From positions 1,274,838-1,338,837 of the forward strand of contig NMRA01000014.1 of NCBI GenBank assembly GCA_002633005.1: a stretch of 64,000 bases of DNA. Reading direction: 5' to 3'. This DNA comes from Phoronis australis. Lineage: Eukaryota > Animalia > Phoronida. Below are positions 24,661 through 38,224 of this stretch, piece by piece (position 1 is the first letter of the stretch; every line of letters begins with the position of its first letter). Under the pieces are notes generated by a model, which was not told the DNA's origin, did no database searches, and saw only the letters and a list, made by a program, of their open reading frames with translations. A program made the translations under genes and the position numbers.

Positions 24661-26744
24661 GTAAATTGTTTATTTGCCATTGCTTGTGCTTTTAACACTA
24701 GATGTTAACACCTTGCACGATCACCTGAATTACCATGAGAGACAGATTTATTGTTGGTTTACAAAGGGAGCTTGCTTGCTGTTGGTGGATCCTGATGCCA
24801 CTTCATCTCCTAGCTGTCATTTGCCATGCATGTTGCTGTATTAGGGAGTTTGATTGCTGTTGATAGATCATTAAGTCATTTCATCCCTCACCTGTCATTT
24901 ATTGTGCCGTTGCTGTACTTGAGAGTTTGATTGTTGTTGGTGATCATGAAGCCATTTCACGTCTCAGCTGTCATTTATTGTGCATGTTTCAAGTTGCTTA
25001 CTGAAATTCTTTGAGTTTTTAGGTTACGGTTCCATTTAAAATGTAATCCATAGAGTACCAACTTCATTCTTTTGCATTCATTTGTTACATGCATGGATCT
25101 TCCATTAGATTATCTTTCACGGATTTTTAGGTGCATATGTCAACACCAAGGTCATTGTTATCCATCAAGTACTTTAATTTGTTTGCTGTTGATGAAATTT
25201 GATTACGCATATGACACTAAAGGAGGGGTCAGTGTTAGATGATTTGATACAGACATGTACATCAGGGATAGGCCAGTAATATGATTTGACACAGACTTGC
25301 ATATACAGAAGGGATGGGCCTGCCGTGACGAATGATTGTTACAAACATGTACATCAGGGAGGGGTCAGTCTCAATGTTTGACAGACTTGCATGTGCAGAG
25401 GGGAGGGCCCAGCAGTGGTAGTTTTCAGATAAACCCGGCTTCCTTGATACCCCTTGGTGGCCATTTTGATATGGTACAAATTATCCTATTCTTGAGGTTT
25501 TACATTTTTATTGGGATAAATTTTGGTATTTTTTGCTAGAATTTGGCTATTATCTTCTACTACGTAGTGGTGGTTATGTATCTTGAGTAGAATTTGAATT
25601 TGATCTACAAAACGCCATGTGCTAAAGGTCCCCACAGGACTGCTTAATGAGAAACCTTGGAGGAAAATGTGAAACGGACATCAACAGAAACATGAAGAAA
25701 TATTTGACTTTAACATAAATTGATTATCAACAAAACCACATAAACAGGAATAAAAACTCATTTTAGGAGCAAGCACCAGGAAGCACTTGGCCTATTTTAT
25801 TTGTGCATCCGAGGAATGCGCACGCTCTGAGAACTTTGCCCGTTTCAGTAAAATAACACCATTGTCATAAAAAAGCACTTAAATTTGACCGCTTATTTTG
25901 AATGTTACATTCCGTTGTTTTTGCTGTGCTTCATTGTGGGTGCATGTCGATGTTGAATTTTTGCTGTAGCGACTTTGTGCAGCTCTGTCCTATTCCATAG
26001 TGCAAAGCACCAGTAGACCACTACATTTAAACTCTAGCCTTTTGCTTTCCGTTGAATTTGGCTAGCCTTTACCAAATATTTTTCACAATCTTTTCAATTA
26101 GATGACTTGTTCACATGTGCCATGTTACATTACCGGTAAGGGAGACAATCTAAATTTATGCAGTTATATACAACATTGATTTCTGTCCATTATGTTGTAC
26201 ATGTAGGTATCCTGAGAAGCCAATGTGTAACTTTGACAGGATAATGTGCTAGCTCAACAATTGTTTAGAATTCATTTGTGGGATGCTTTCTAAGCCATTC
26301 TTGTTTAAATGTGACCGAGCTTTGTCATGCATTAGTGCTGACAACAAAGTATCTGCATTCTTGTTTCAGGCCATGTTTCTGCATTGTGCATAACTGTTAC
26401 GGTAAAATCTCACCAATTTCGGACAAAAATAATTGCTAAAAGTAGTCTTTTTACATTTTCAAACCCTTCTAATATTGTTTTGAATGTCCACAATTTCCCC
26501 AAAATGTCGTCTGAAGATGGGCATGGCATAGACTTTGAAAATGTTATAACATTTATTATTATTATAGTGCTACTAATCTTTTATTTAAAGAAATGAAAAC
26601 GTAAATTTCACTTGTCCACCATATTGTGTCCTAAATTGGTACGATTTTACCAGAACAATAGTTCAGTTTAGTTTGTGGGCGACTAGAAGCACACGTGGCC
26701 CGCTCACCTGCCCACCTGTACTCACCTGACATCTTATGTTTCAG

Positions 26745-26833
26745 ATGACAACGAGGCCAACAAGTCAAGTATAGCATGCACTGATCACCAAAGTCAGAAT
26801 AAAACAAACAGTGAAACGGAGGGCAAGACATAG
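26745..26833 (+). CDS. PKI: PKI last coding exon (DDNEANKSSIACTDHQSQNKTNSETEGKT*)
   Basis: tgtttcAG acceptor, phase 1 consistent, polar/acidic tail, TAG at 26831, AATAAA at ~27032. Confidence 0.75.
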
Positions 26834-27814
26834 CTGCAATGTAGAGTCTAGTTCCAGTTTGTGACCAAAGATATGATTTATTTAATATCAAGACAGAGAC
26901 TTGTTCTTTCTACTTTGTAAGGTTTTTCATAAGTATATGGACTAGTGTTATTTAATTGAGTATTTGTAATCATCTAGTGCAATGCATCGGCAACACGTTA
27001 ACCATAGATTTCTTGTTTTCAAGTAAACTGAAATAAAAATGTTGTTTCTTTAAGTCCTCAAACCCGTGTGTAGAATGTTACTGTTTTTATGCACCCACAT
27101 GTATCTGTGGGCGCGTTATACCATCATCCCATGTCGTTAACCCCTTCCATGCAGTGCCCACTGCTGTTTTGATTTCCAAAACCCTAGAACAATGTCTGTG
27201 AAAGTGAAACGTCCCTGTAATGTGTCGAGCCGTCACCTGTTCAAACCTTTTGAATACCACTTCAAGGTGCGCTGCGGCTCAAAGGCATTTCCGACTGCCT
27301 TTTAGTGGAGTCAATTGTTTTCGTTAGTTATTACCCCTGCGTGATTTTGATTACTGCGGGTTAAGCAATCCAATCACTGCTCTTTGCTCGGTTTCAACTG
27401 TCGCACACCGCTTTTGTGCAATTTCTGCTTTTCAATTCAGACTTTCCTGAAGGAATTAAATAAGCAACACACCTAGGACTAGAACGCATCTTGCATAGTT
27501 AATGAGGTAGTCCAGGATACCACTTTATCGAGAACTCTAAGTCCCCCGCTGTTCATCATAAAAATGACTTCTTGTCACTAGGAACAGGACACTTTGAATC
27601 TAAGATTGTAAAAGCGTACGTTGTGAAGGATTGTAACTTGTACTAAAATACGTTATGTAAAATGGTGACTTCAAAATGGTAAGTTGTAACAAGGTTTGAC
27701 TGTAGTGAGTTGATTTCTAAGATGGATCGACAATAGCTTAGTCTAGTTTATTGTGGTTGGGCACTGCTTTGTTGGAAGTTTGAAGAGTTATTTGCATAGC
27801 TCCGTGTCCTGCTA

Positions 27815-28022
27815 CTATGCGTTGGTGTCTGGTATGACATAACTGTGTCCAGGTGTAATGTGTTGACATCTGATGTGACCCTAGCTATGTGTTGACATCT
27901 GGTGTGACCTACTCCCTTGCATAACTCTGTATCCAGCTATAATGTGTTGACATCTGATGTGACCACGGCTGTGTGTTGACATCTGGTGTGACCACATCTG
28001 TGTTGACATCTGGTTTGACCAA
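27815..28022. repeat. Minisatellite with core TGTGTTGACATCTGRTGTGACC
   Basis: About 6 copies with variable spacers. Confidence 0.8.
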
Positions 28023-30500
28023 TGTTTTCTTGGTGCAAATCTTCCCTCTTTTTCTGTTCCCTTGTAGTAGCTATAGTTGGTTATACCACATTTTGATATG
28101 AAATACTGACAACTCAAATCAGCCAAACCTAGAGATGGTAACTTATTAAAGCGAAATCCAGCCGTTATTTAATACCAGAGTGCTTGACCTTGAAGCAATT
28201 CACTGCAGAATTTCGCGTAAGTTAGCAAAAGATGAATCTGTTCATCCGACTTGAACAAGTATTCCCCTGGTGTGTTGTGGACACTTGGCTGTATGTAACA
28301 CTTAATCTAGTCAAAAAAATAAATGTTTCTTGGCAATTTTTTGAGAGTTGCGAAACGCCAAAATTAGACCAGGAGTTTTTTGTAATTGAATAGTAAGTGG
28401 GTCTAGGACCTTCGTTTGCTGAAGTGTGGTGATTGTGGGAAGAGCACTGTTCTGATTCCGCGTATAGGCCATGATTGACTCGTGGACCATCACAGTTTGG
28501 ATCATTTAGAACAACAGCTGATCAAGGTAAATATAACCTTATTACCAAATCTGGGCACTAACAAATATCTTCAGAACTGTAGAATTTAACTCAAAAATTC
28601 ATATTTTTTGAACGTCTGGATAATTTCATTTTCGACTTGGCACTGATATGACATTGAACCTCAAAAATGATGCTTGATTTCTAAAACGCTTCATTTTTGT
28701 TCCATGCAACGTTTTTTCATTCAAATGCATTAGCTTTTTAATGGATCGCACAATTTAGTAAAAGTTTCGAATGATCAACTGTTGATTTCAAATTTACTGG
28801 AAAGTTGTTTTATGGTTCCATCCAGCACCAAGTCCCATGCAACACAAATTAGGTCAAACCAAAATAGCAAATCTAAAATTGTAATAAATCGAGCTAAATG
28901 CAACAAATCGTCCCGTTGAAGCAGTCAATGAACTCTGTCCAGTTCATTGTTTTGTCATGTGCAATTCAGAATTCTCGCCATATAAAATAAAAGATTTCAC
29001 CTAAAACATAAACCAAAATGATGGTTTTCATAGTACTGCACAGCACTTTAATCTGCATAAATAGTCAACTGTGATGCATTGAATACCATTGCTGCAGTGG
29101 GTATAACCACGTGTTTGTGGGAGTCTTGTGTGTCAAAATGTGTGTGACATATAGTGGCTGTGAACCTCTTCACATCAGCACAATGCAAGTTAAGGCGTCC
29201 ATCAATTTTATTTACAGTGTTTTGTTTAGCTACAATAATATGGCTTGGACAGACATTGCCATACATCAACGTGCCACTACAGAAATAATGGATTTTTGAA
29301 CCAAACTTTCCAGTTGTTAACTCATCCGAGTGATTTATAAAATATCAAATAAATGATACTCCACACATGGTGTCATTTGCCATGCTGATCTATTCTCACG
29401 ATCTATTAATACTTTCCATGTCATAAACAGATCACTCCCGGAAGTCTGTAGAATTGCGACTTTTTATTCACCCGAGGAGTCCCAATGTACTTGTGGAGAA
29501 TTAAGAGCTGCATTTTTACATCAACCCATTTATACTGGCCATTCACTACTAAATGTTTCAATATATCGACTCATGGGTGCATTGCTTGAAAAGCCCTGGT
29601 ATCATCAAGCCGTGATGCAAGTGCATGGTGAGAAATTTCTTGGATTATCTGTGTTATCGCACGTCAGAACAGTACGGGAGTGTGTCCGTTTTGACAAGTA
29701 TCCACAATGGCACCATTAACCCTTTCTTGCAGTGCTGATAACAGGCAGTATAACTTTATGTAATGTTTTGAATGGCTAAATTTAAATCAAGCCCCAGGAA
29801 TCTCAATTTCAAGACTTTTTTAAACATTAATCTGCGTGCCGTGTTACAAAGCTTGATGAGTATCTTCTCATATTTCTGACCAATCGAGGTTATATCAATT
29901 GTGTGTTACCCTCATTGAAATATAAAGACAACAAGAAAATTGAAAAATTTATTATTTCCACTTGTAACAAGTCAAGATCAACATTTATGACTAAATCTTC
30001 CATGTTTCACTGATTCTTCAGTAACTGAAGTAGATCAACCATAGTCCTGGTTGAATCTGACCTATATCAGACAATTGTTGAAGACACGGCTAAAGCGTAC
30101 ATATAATACGATACTTGTCAAGAACAGTAATACAAACAGCAGTTAAACAAAGTTTTGAAGTTGTTTGTTAAGAGTTTTGTATATATAGTTCATGTTGCAC
30201 GTATTTAAATGTTAAATGAGTCTTTTTCACAGGTAATTAATAGTGCTATTGATTTCAGCCAATAGGTGTTAATTCATTTCACACTGAGTTTTTGGCTGTG
30301 AATGAGGTTTAAGTTTGTATTCAAGATGTAAATGTGTTTTCATGCCTTTTTATAAAATAAAAAACAGTGCTCAGTTGCAAGTTCTGTCTATGTCTCAGCC
30401 ACTCTGCATCAACCTGCCTCTTCATTCAGTTATTGAGGAGTAAACTAGCAGTGCTCATTCAATGCTATGACCACTGGTCAGGACCACATTTGACTGCTGG

Positions 30501-33500
30501 TCAGTCCTTATGACTGTGACCATGTTTCTTGTGTTTTTTGTGCCTTCTGTCTTTATCCCGTGATCTACTTCTGCTTCTGTAAAATGCAAACCAACATTCG
30601 TGCATTAGTAATTATTATTCATAAGGTGAAAACACAGTACATTTTTGGCAAGAAGTCCATCAAAATCCATTAACTGTCTTCACTGGGCTTCTAGATAATG
30701 GAATTACGTTGGCAACCAATTTGAAGCCAGCCAACAGAGCCATTGACTTGAGCATAAAATAATTCCATGCCTGAAACAAACCTGCAATATCCAAGCACTG
30801 ATGGCATTCATTGCTGATCAAGTACCACTTTAGACTAACTGGGTTACTATTGAATCAAGTTTTGAGAATCTGGATTAGCAGCTCACATACATGTGATCCA
30901 TGCATTTCTTTTCCTAAATTAAATGATTGGTCAAATTGCTGGTACCCAGAGAGTTTGTTTCAAAACTCCCTTCAAATTACAATGGGCTGCACCACAAAAA
31001 GGTTCAGTAAACCAGACTTGTTCATTTTAAATAAGGAATGTGAAATATAAATAATTTGGGCTTTGCCAAAGAAGTTGTTTCAATAGCCATAAGTCAAAGA
31101 CCATTATTTTTTTAAAAGACTACAGCTGGATAAATTCTTTTCAGAAACACCGTGCCCTTAGTAATTGAACTTTTCATTCAAGCACCGAATCTAACAAACA
31201 TTCTTTGATACAGCGGAGAACTTTCCAGTGAAACCAATAAGCTGAACCAGCCTGTACAACCAATTGGCTAATGACATTCACAGAGTGTTTCAGTGATTGT
31301 CACAGGCCTCTGAATGCCTACACACAGGCACTAAATAATACAAAATGGAAACGAGTCCTCCACAGTAATTACAGTGTTTCTTTGAGTTGTAAATGAACTA
31401 TCTGTTCAACTTGAACATTATCCATGCATACGCATTCAGGATTCATCAGCCTATCTTGAAAGAAGATAATTTACGTTCTGTCACCTCGTCCTTATCATTT
31501 GAGAATAATTCATCTGTTGTTTCCTGCTCAGTTTTGAATAAACGCATAGTGTTCAATGAGATTAACAGAGAATAAACTTATATTACAATATTTGAACAAT
31601 TGGTTACACAGAGTCAATCAACTATTGTGATAGATTACGACTCCAATTTACTCAATGTCAGCTTCACTGATGTTACAAAAAATTTCTCAGGTGCTTACTA
31701 ATTTTAGTTTGACATACGTTGGTACGAACTCCCAGGCCAGTTGTCAAACAAAAGCACTTGAAAAAATAATTGCAGGTGTTCTGTGGGCCCATTGCACTGA
31801 TCACCCGGAACCATTTTTATACTTAATCAATATGTAATTAAAACCGAGCTGAGGAGCTTATGACCTGGCTCATTGGTCTAGCAGCATGCCCTAGTGGGAT
31901 TTGAACCCCAAACTTCAAGTAAAGGAAGTAGACACCTTTCACACCTGGCCACACTGTCTCCCTAACACGTACACTTCCAAGCACTACACTTCATAATTTA
32001 CCTGTGTTTCTTTTTCTTTTTGTGTTTCGGACTGCGTTCTCTTGATGACCTTAGGTCACGTTCACTACGAGGGCTGGACCTTGTTGACCCCATAATCCCA
32101 ATCTCCGAGGTCTCCTCACAGGCTGAATCAGCAAGTCTTTGATCTTCCACTTTTTCTTGCTTTATCTTGACGGCCATAGCTGTGTTATCTTTGCATCTTT
32201 TTTCCAAAATCTCCATCTGGTTGTTAATTACTTCTCGCATAATCTAATAGAATATAGAACAATTGTAACTGGAAAGTTCAACGTACATAAAGAATAAAAT
32301 CATGGCTCCTAAGATACCGACTAAACTAACAATATGAGGAACTGTATGTTTCAATCAACATCACACAAAACTTACACCACACCAACCATTCTATTAAACT
32401 GTTCATTCTATCGCGCTGCTCATTCTATCGCGCTGCTCATTCTATAGCGCTGCTCATTCTATCGCGCTGCTCATTCTATCGCGCTGCTCATTCTATCGCG
32501 CTGCTCATTCTATCGCGCTGCTCATTCTATCGCGCTGCTCATTCTATCGCGCTGCTCATTCTATCGCGCTGCTCATTCTATCGCGCTGCTCATTCTATCG
32601 CGCTGTTCATTCTATCGCGCTGTTCATTCTATTGTACTGTTCATTCTATCGCACTGTTCAATCTATCGCACTGTTCATTCTAATACACTGTTCATCAGGG
32701 TAGAGTTCAGTAGCTATCTCGCAGCTAGAAAAATTTAGCCAAAATCACGTTCTCAATACATTTAAAATACACAGCAATATCTCACATTTCGCAAAGTCTT
32801 AGTTTTTAGCGAGGTCCTAGTGTTACTGAACTCTATCCAAGTACATGATCAGAGTGGAGATCGCCTGATGGAAAAGCAGAAAAGCACATAAAGGAGCACA
32901 TAGCAAAAAATGTGAGCCCTGTTTGCTGTGTAACATAAGTGTGCTGTCTCTTCAGCTAATGAGCTTAGTCAATACCCAGTTTAATTAAAATGGTAGTGTC
33001 CTGTGAAATTGGTCTCGGTTATTGTTATGTGATTTGACCATCTTTCAATACAAGATTTAACACCGACCTCAGCTCATGTTGATGCTACTGACTGGTAATT
33101 TATCAGTGTAACTGAAAGCCTTTATAAACCTATGTTCTCACATAGAAACTACAAAAAAACTAAAAGAATTAACTTATGATTTAGACTACTTGCCATTATC
33201 CTTGAGTCTACGCTCCACAAATAAAATGACATGATGTGAAAGGTGGACTTTAAGAGCCTGGTCTCAAGCAATAATGAATTGCCATTTTTTTTCCAAATGC
33301 TAGATATCTCATTTACTTGGACTAAGCAACAATTTGTTACCAATTTCATAACCATAAATGGTCTACATCAAAAGTTGTTTCTTGTGACTGAAGGCGGGGT
33401 CATTGTCATAGCTGGTTCAAGTAAACTGAATATGATGACAACTGATGGGAAACAAAATGTTGTAAGTTCACTACCTCTGTCTGACTTTTCTTTGTTGTGT

Positions 33501-36500
33501 GCACATTTTTGGCTCTATATGACTGTCTTCTACGCTTATAATCGCGTTCTTCCGCCAGCACTTCCAAGTAACTCTTTTGCTGACCTTCCTCTGCAAAATG
33601 TGCACGTGAACAGTACAAATGGAGGAAAAATAAATAGACACATAAAAAATGAGTCAAAAATTCATTATAAAACAGTATGCGCTAGCACACTAACAGCAAC
33701 TGTGTTTACCTTCGTTTTTCTTCTCACTTCCGTTGTTCAGAAACATCAACTCATCCTCTGACATATGTACTAACTTCTTTGAATCTTTGGCCGTCTTGAC
33801 ACAGTAGTCATATAGTGCTAATCTTTCAGTAGCTGTCAAAGTCGTCTGAGCTCGTTCAAAGGTCAGTGGAATCTCTTTGTGTAACAGTGGATGTCCTCCT
33901 GTGGGAAATATTGGCAAAACTGAAATGGTACACTACAGCGCAGAAGTGAACATTAAGTCAACAAAGGTACAGACAAACATCCAGTATGTCACTTATGATC
34001 AACGAGCTGTCATTAGACACTCTCCTGACTAGGTGGGTGGACAGCACAATGAGCACACCCACATAGTTAATGGGATAATGGTAATCAAGTCCTCCCACTA
34101 AGTTATTCCCATTTATAATACATGATCTTCCAGACAGGCCAATCACAAGGCACGTCACATGACATCCATCATAGTACCGTACTCGTTCAGTTTACTATAT
34201 AGGACATTTTGATTGGAGAACTCAATACCGGGGGATGAGAGATAAACAAAACATGGATAGTTAACAAAATTCTTAAAAAGTGCGAGGTGGGTGCTTATAC
34301 TAACAGTCAATCGGGTTAACGGCAAGGGAGCTGCATTGAGGTTGGACTTCACGTGACAACGGAATGTAAGACAGTGGAACCTATGACTAGTACTAGAGTA
34401 GTTTCTGTTGAAACTGACAAATTGTTACTCAAAGGCTAGCTTTTTGGGAGATGTAATTTTGATGAAACGAGCATACAAGCCACCAGCACTTTTAAGGAAG
34501 TCTCGGTAATATAATTTGAGGGTGGCGGGCAAGCTGAACATGGGTGCTCAAAAGTGAGAATTGGGAAATTTCAGGGGTGGACAGTAAGCTAAGCATGACC
34601 GTTGACTGAGCATGTACTATAGACATAATTTTCAATAGCACAGTGCAAGATAAAAACAATAATGAGGTGACACATTGACACTTAGGACAATCTGATCCTG
34701 AATGCCTCCACAGATGGGGCCGAGATCACTTCGTTTCTCAATACATTCCACTGAAGAATAGTGGTAGGTAAACAACTCCTACACACGGGGGCTTTCACCC
34801 AAGTTATTACACAATCTAGATACCAGCCCTGAAGCATCTTATTCGAATTCTTAGGTGTAATGAATTAAAAATAGTCCGATAACAGAAATCACATCATTTT
34901 TAACATAACTTACCTCTTAAATACTATAAGTTTGAATTTGTGAATGTAAGCGCAAGGATGAAATTGTTTGACAAATAAGCAAATTCCGATGTGCAAAATG
35001 GAGCTTCAGTTTTCACTTTTCATCTTAACATTTCTAACTTCTTTATAGCTTTGTTAGCATTTAAAATAAGAACAGACAAAAACAGTTTCTATGCCAGGTA
35101 TTTCAGAAGTTACTTTAATGCACAGTGCAATAAGCAAAGAAGTATTTTCCACTTAAAATATTTACCTTTTTATGTACTATTTTGAATGTATTAACAATTT
35201 GGCTTACACACCAACTTAAGTCACAGCGTTGGTAGAATGCATTACAGCAAATATGTAGATTTTCTCATGTTTACAAATGACACAAGCTCATTAAGTACTA
35301 GATCAGCCAAACCAGAGAAATCTTGTGAAATAAGAAAAGGATTATTCAAGGAGTATCAGAAAACTTAATTATCTTTAGTAAGTTGGGCCATCAGTTCTGC
35401 ATAGTCTGGCATAAAATTTCACCTTTGCATATGTGCAATTCTTGTTTACCAATGAATTGTGTATCGCTTAAATTTTAGAGAACACGCAGACGAAACTTTC
35501 TTTTACGGACTACAGTTCGTGACATACAGTGGCTAAGTCCATATAAGAGAGCATGCATTGCAATTTGTACGTATATCCAAGGAGAGCAGTAATACAGCTG
35601 CTTGAACAACAATTACATAATTATTTAGAACTCCATTAAATGTTCAAAGGATACTATGTCTCAATAGGATACAATCTCTGTTAATACGTACTTGCAATAA
35701 GGCTGAAATTAAAGAAGTTAAGGATTAGTAAACTCAGTAAGCAGTATACGTAAGAAGTCAATCATAGATATGTCGCTAAAACTTCAGCCATGACAGATAT
35801 TGAATGCATAGTAAGTACAGGAACAAAGTGCGGAACTAACGACACAATTATATCTTGGTAAATTAGCAAGTGTGAGAGAAGAGCCATCCGTACACCCACC
35901 TTGACTGTTGTTGCTGGCAGCTTGCCTCAGTATATCATTCTGTAGTTGAACATCTGAAACAGTGCACAATAGTTCAACGGGTGACTTATATCAAATAGTT
36001 GGTTCCGGTACGGAGAACATACACAGAACAAACAGCAGTGTTTGCTACACCTATCTATTTCCATTAATACCACTCTAAAAACTAAAACGTGAAATGAATC
36101 ATCAACAGTTGCACATAATAATTTCATGCTGTGAACAGATTTACTCCATGGCAACAGCATTGAGAACAGACAAGTGCAACAATAGATTTACTCTCAGTAA
36201 CTGCACTGACAATACCCATGTTCAACAATAGACTTAAGGACCTCCACTGCCTAATGATCGAACCTTAAAGGAATGTTTCGCACGTTTAGTAAAAATACTG
36301 TCTCCCCAATTACATTTCAAACTATGCAAAATACCCAGCCAGCATTATTACATGTCAAAACACCCCCAATGATTCTTGGGTGTACTTGCAAACAGCTCAC
36401 AGGGCCACCAGCCAACTGCATAACCGTCATTAATTTGCAACATTTTGGGTCATAAAATGAAATTATCGGGTACAAAAATGATTTTCTAAGAACGCCTTGA

Positions 36501-37866
36501 GTGCAGAATCGAACATACAAGTTGCGTGGTTTGAACCTAACAATCTGCTTGCAAAGCTAAAACCCATTCGATTAATGACAGCATATCTTAAAGGTATTTA
36601 ACTGCTTAAGTCACCAGTCTTGACTTAAGCAAATGCCTGGCAAACAATGCCTAGAGCTGGCAATTTGTGATAAAATCACAAAAACAAAGCAGCGGATTTT
36701 ATTTTGTAGCTTTGGTCAAAGCCAAGGACTTCAAAATGTTTATCATAACCAATAACAATCCCAAAAATAGCATTTTCTCAGACGTAAAATCGATAATGTC
36801 TTTTTAAGAGGTGTCTTACTCATCCTGATTGAGTGTACTGTTGGGGTATTATCATAGTAGAAGCCACAGCTTGACACTCCTTCCTGTAAAAACAAGGTGC
36901 ATTATGGTCAGACATTTATCAATAGAACAGTAAAGCAGTGTTCAAATATGGGTGCATATCAATGTGTGCACAATACTAATATGATGGGCAAAAAGCTCAC
37001 GTGCATTCCACAGGTGCATAAATTGTCGATTCTTGAACAAATAACCAATGTACCACAACCCATAGTATCACTCCACTCGGTTTGCCTTGTTACACCACGT
37101 TTTTGTACTTTAATTATGATCAGGCTCCTAGACACATAACCAGGCCACCATAGACGTGCACACTACAGTAGCACTCACTTCACTTGATTTACCTAGCTTC
37201 CTCATCATGATCTGATCACACACCTAGACACATAACCAGATGTACATACCGTAATATCTTGTCTGCTGTATCCTGCCCTCTGCATCCCACATCTGCATTC
37301 ATGATCCTCTAGTTTACAGGCACTCACTTTGTGGCTAGAGTCATGTCTGCACTGCACAAGGTCACTTGAGTCCTAGTGAAAGAAGAGACCAACTGAAGCA
37401 CCGTAACTCCTTGCAGATTTCCAAAGGTTATTCACCACCCATTTTCAGTTGATTCGGTACATCAGCCAACTTCCACAATGTACATCAACTGATTAATATT
37501 TATAGAAAAAACATAACGATTTGCTAAAATTTTCCTGTGATATTTTTTTGGGGTAACAGCATTTGAGATCTTATGATCAATAATATCTCCCATCTTCAAT
37601 AGAAACGTAAATGGTTCCCTTGGAAACGTGTTAAAACCAGAGGTAGCAGAGACAATGACCAAGGTGTTGGGGTAACTATGACCTGGCCCCTACACCCCGT
37701 GAAATAATTAACACATAAAGCCTCTAAGATGACGATCTTTACACATTGACCAACCAACCTGTTGACGGCGAAGTCCTGCCTCAGTCCAACCAACAGCTTC
37801 CAATATTCTATTGAGTTCAGACTCCGATGATTCTATGAAGGCATTCAAGTCAGTCAGTGGATTCAT
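30501..37866 (-). CDS. SNRNP48: U11/U12 snRNP 48 kDa protein; exons 37866-37759, 37372-37250, 36883-36820, 35953-35900, 33919-33710, 33590-33475, 32243-32002, 30576-30501 (~330 aa)
   Basis: CHHC zinc finger VQCRHDSSHKVSACKLEDHECRC; diagnostic KSYLEVLAEERDYKRRRQSYRAKNVHTTKKSQTE-IMREVI; basic RS/K-rich tail. All introns are GT-AG with consistent phases; AATAAA on the - strand at 29953-29948. Confidence 0.93.
31860..31962 (-). mobile_element. tRNA-derived SINE head (degenerate)
   Basis: On the - strand, an A-box-like GTGGCCAGGTG is followed by a B-box GGTTCAAATCCC; no complete cloverleaf is evident. Confidence 0.5.
32398..32695. repeat. Minisatellite, 17-bp unit (GCTCATTCTATCGCGCT)
   Basis: About 17 copies, a homogeneous core with polar decay at the right end. 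Confidence 0.95.
32698..32838. mobile_element. Small MITE-like element with terminal inverted repeats
   Basis: gggtagagttcagta ... tactgaactctatcc. Confidence 0.5.
35646..35672 (-). promoter_or_regulatory. USSE-like element: tandem U12-type 5' splice-site motifs in SNRNP48 intron 4
   Basis: The - strand reads GTATCCTAttgagacataGTATCCTTT, i.e. two RTATCCT motifs with starts 18 nt apart. Confidence 0.85.
35692..35702 (-). other. Candidate 11-nt poison micro-exon of SNRNP48
   Basis: ttctttaatttcAG|CCTTATTGCAA|GTACGT; inclusion shifts the frame to a TGA at 33865-33863. Confidence 0.7.
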
Positions 37867-38224
37867 GGTTCAAAAATCTGGAATAAACAATTTCTCTTTG
37901 CAGACAGCACTATCTTACTTCGACACTCAATGGCCAGGTTTACCCCAGTGCTGAGCCTCAACTTGCGTGAAATGTATTAACATTTGTGACATGTGCAATG
38001 GTGTATGCACAAAAGACATGGCTCGTTAACAATTTCACTAGTAAGTGAATGGACCAGCACCTATAGGAAAGCAATTCCAACTGTCGCAGTATCCGTTTTG
38101 GTTTGAAGGGTATTTGGTCTCACAAGACATCAACTGTTTTAACCAGCCTGAGTAGTAACTGGTTGTAGAAAAATTCTAAAGTAACCAATGGCTAATGTGG
38201 GAAGTGCCGTCATGGCTGGGGGAC

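Noticed and set aside
15285-32695. Regular repeat arrays (15.3, 20.5, 21.2, 23.7, 27.8 and 32.4 kb) superficially resembling CRISPR
   Set aside because: They are head-to-tail units without unique spacers, there are no cas genes, and the context is eukaryotic; these are ordinary minisatellites.
33243-33761. 172-aa + strand ORF
   Set aside because: Antisense shadow of SNRNP48 exons 5-6; no recognisable motifs.
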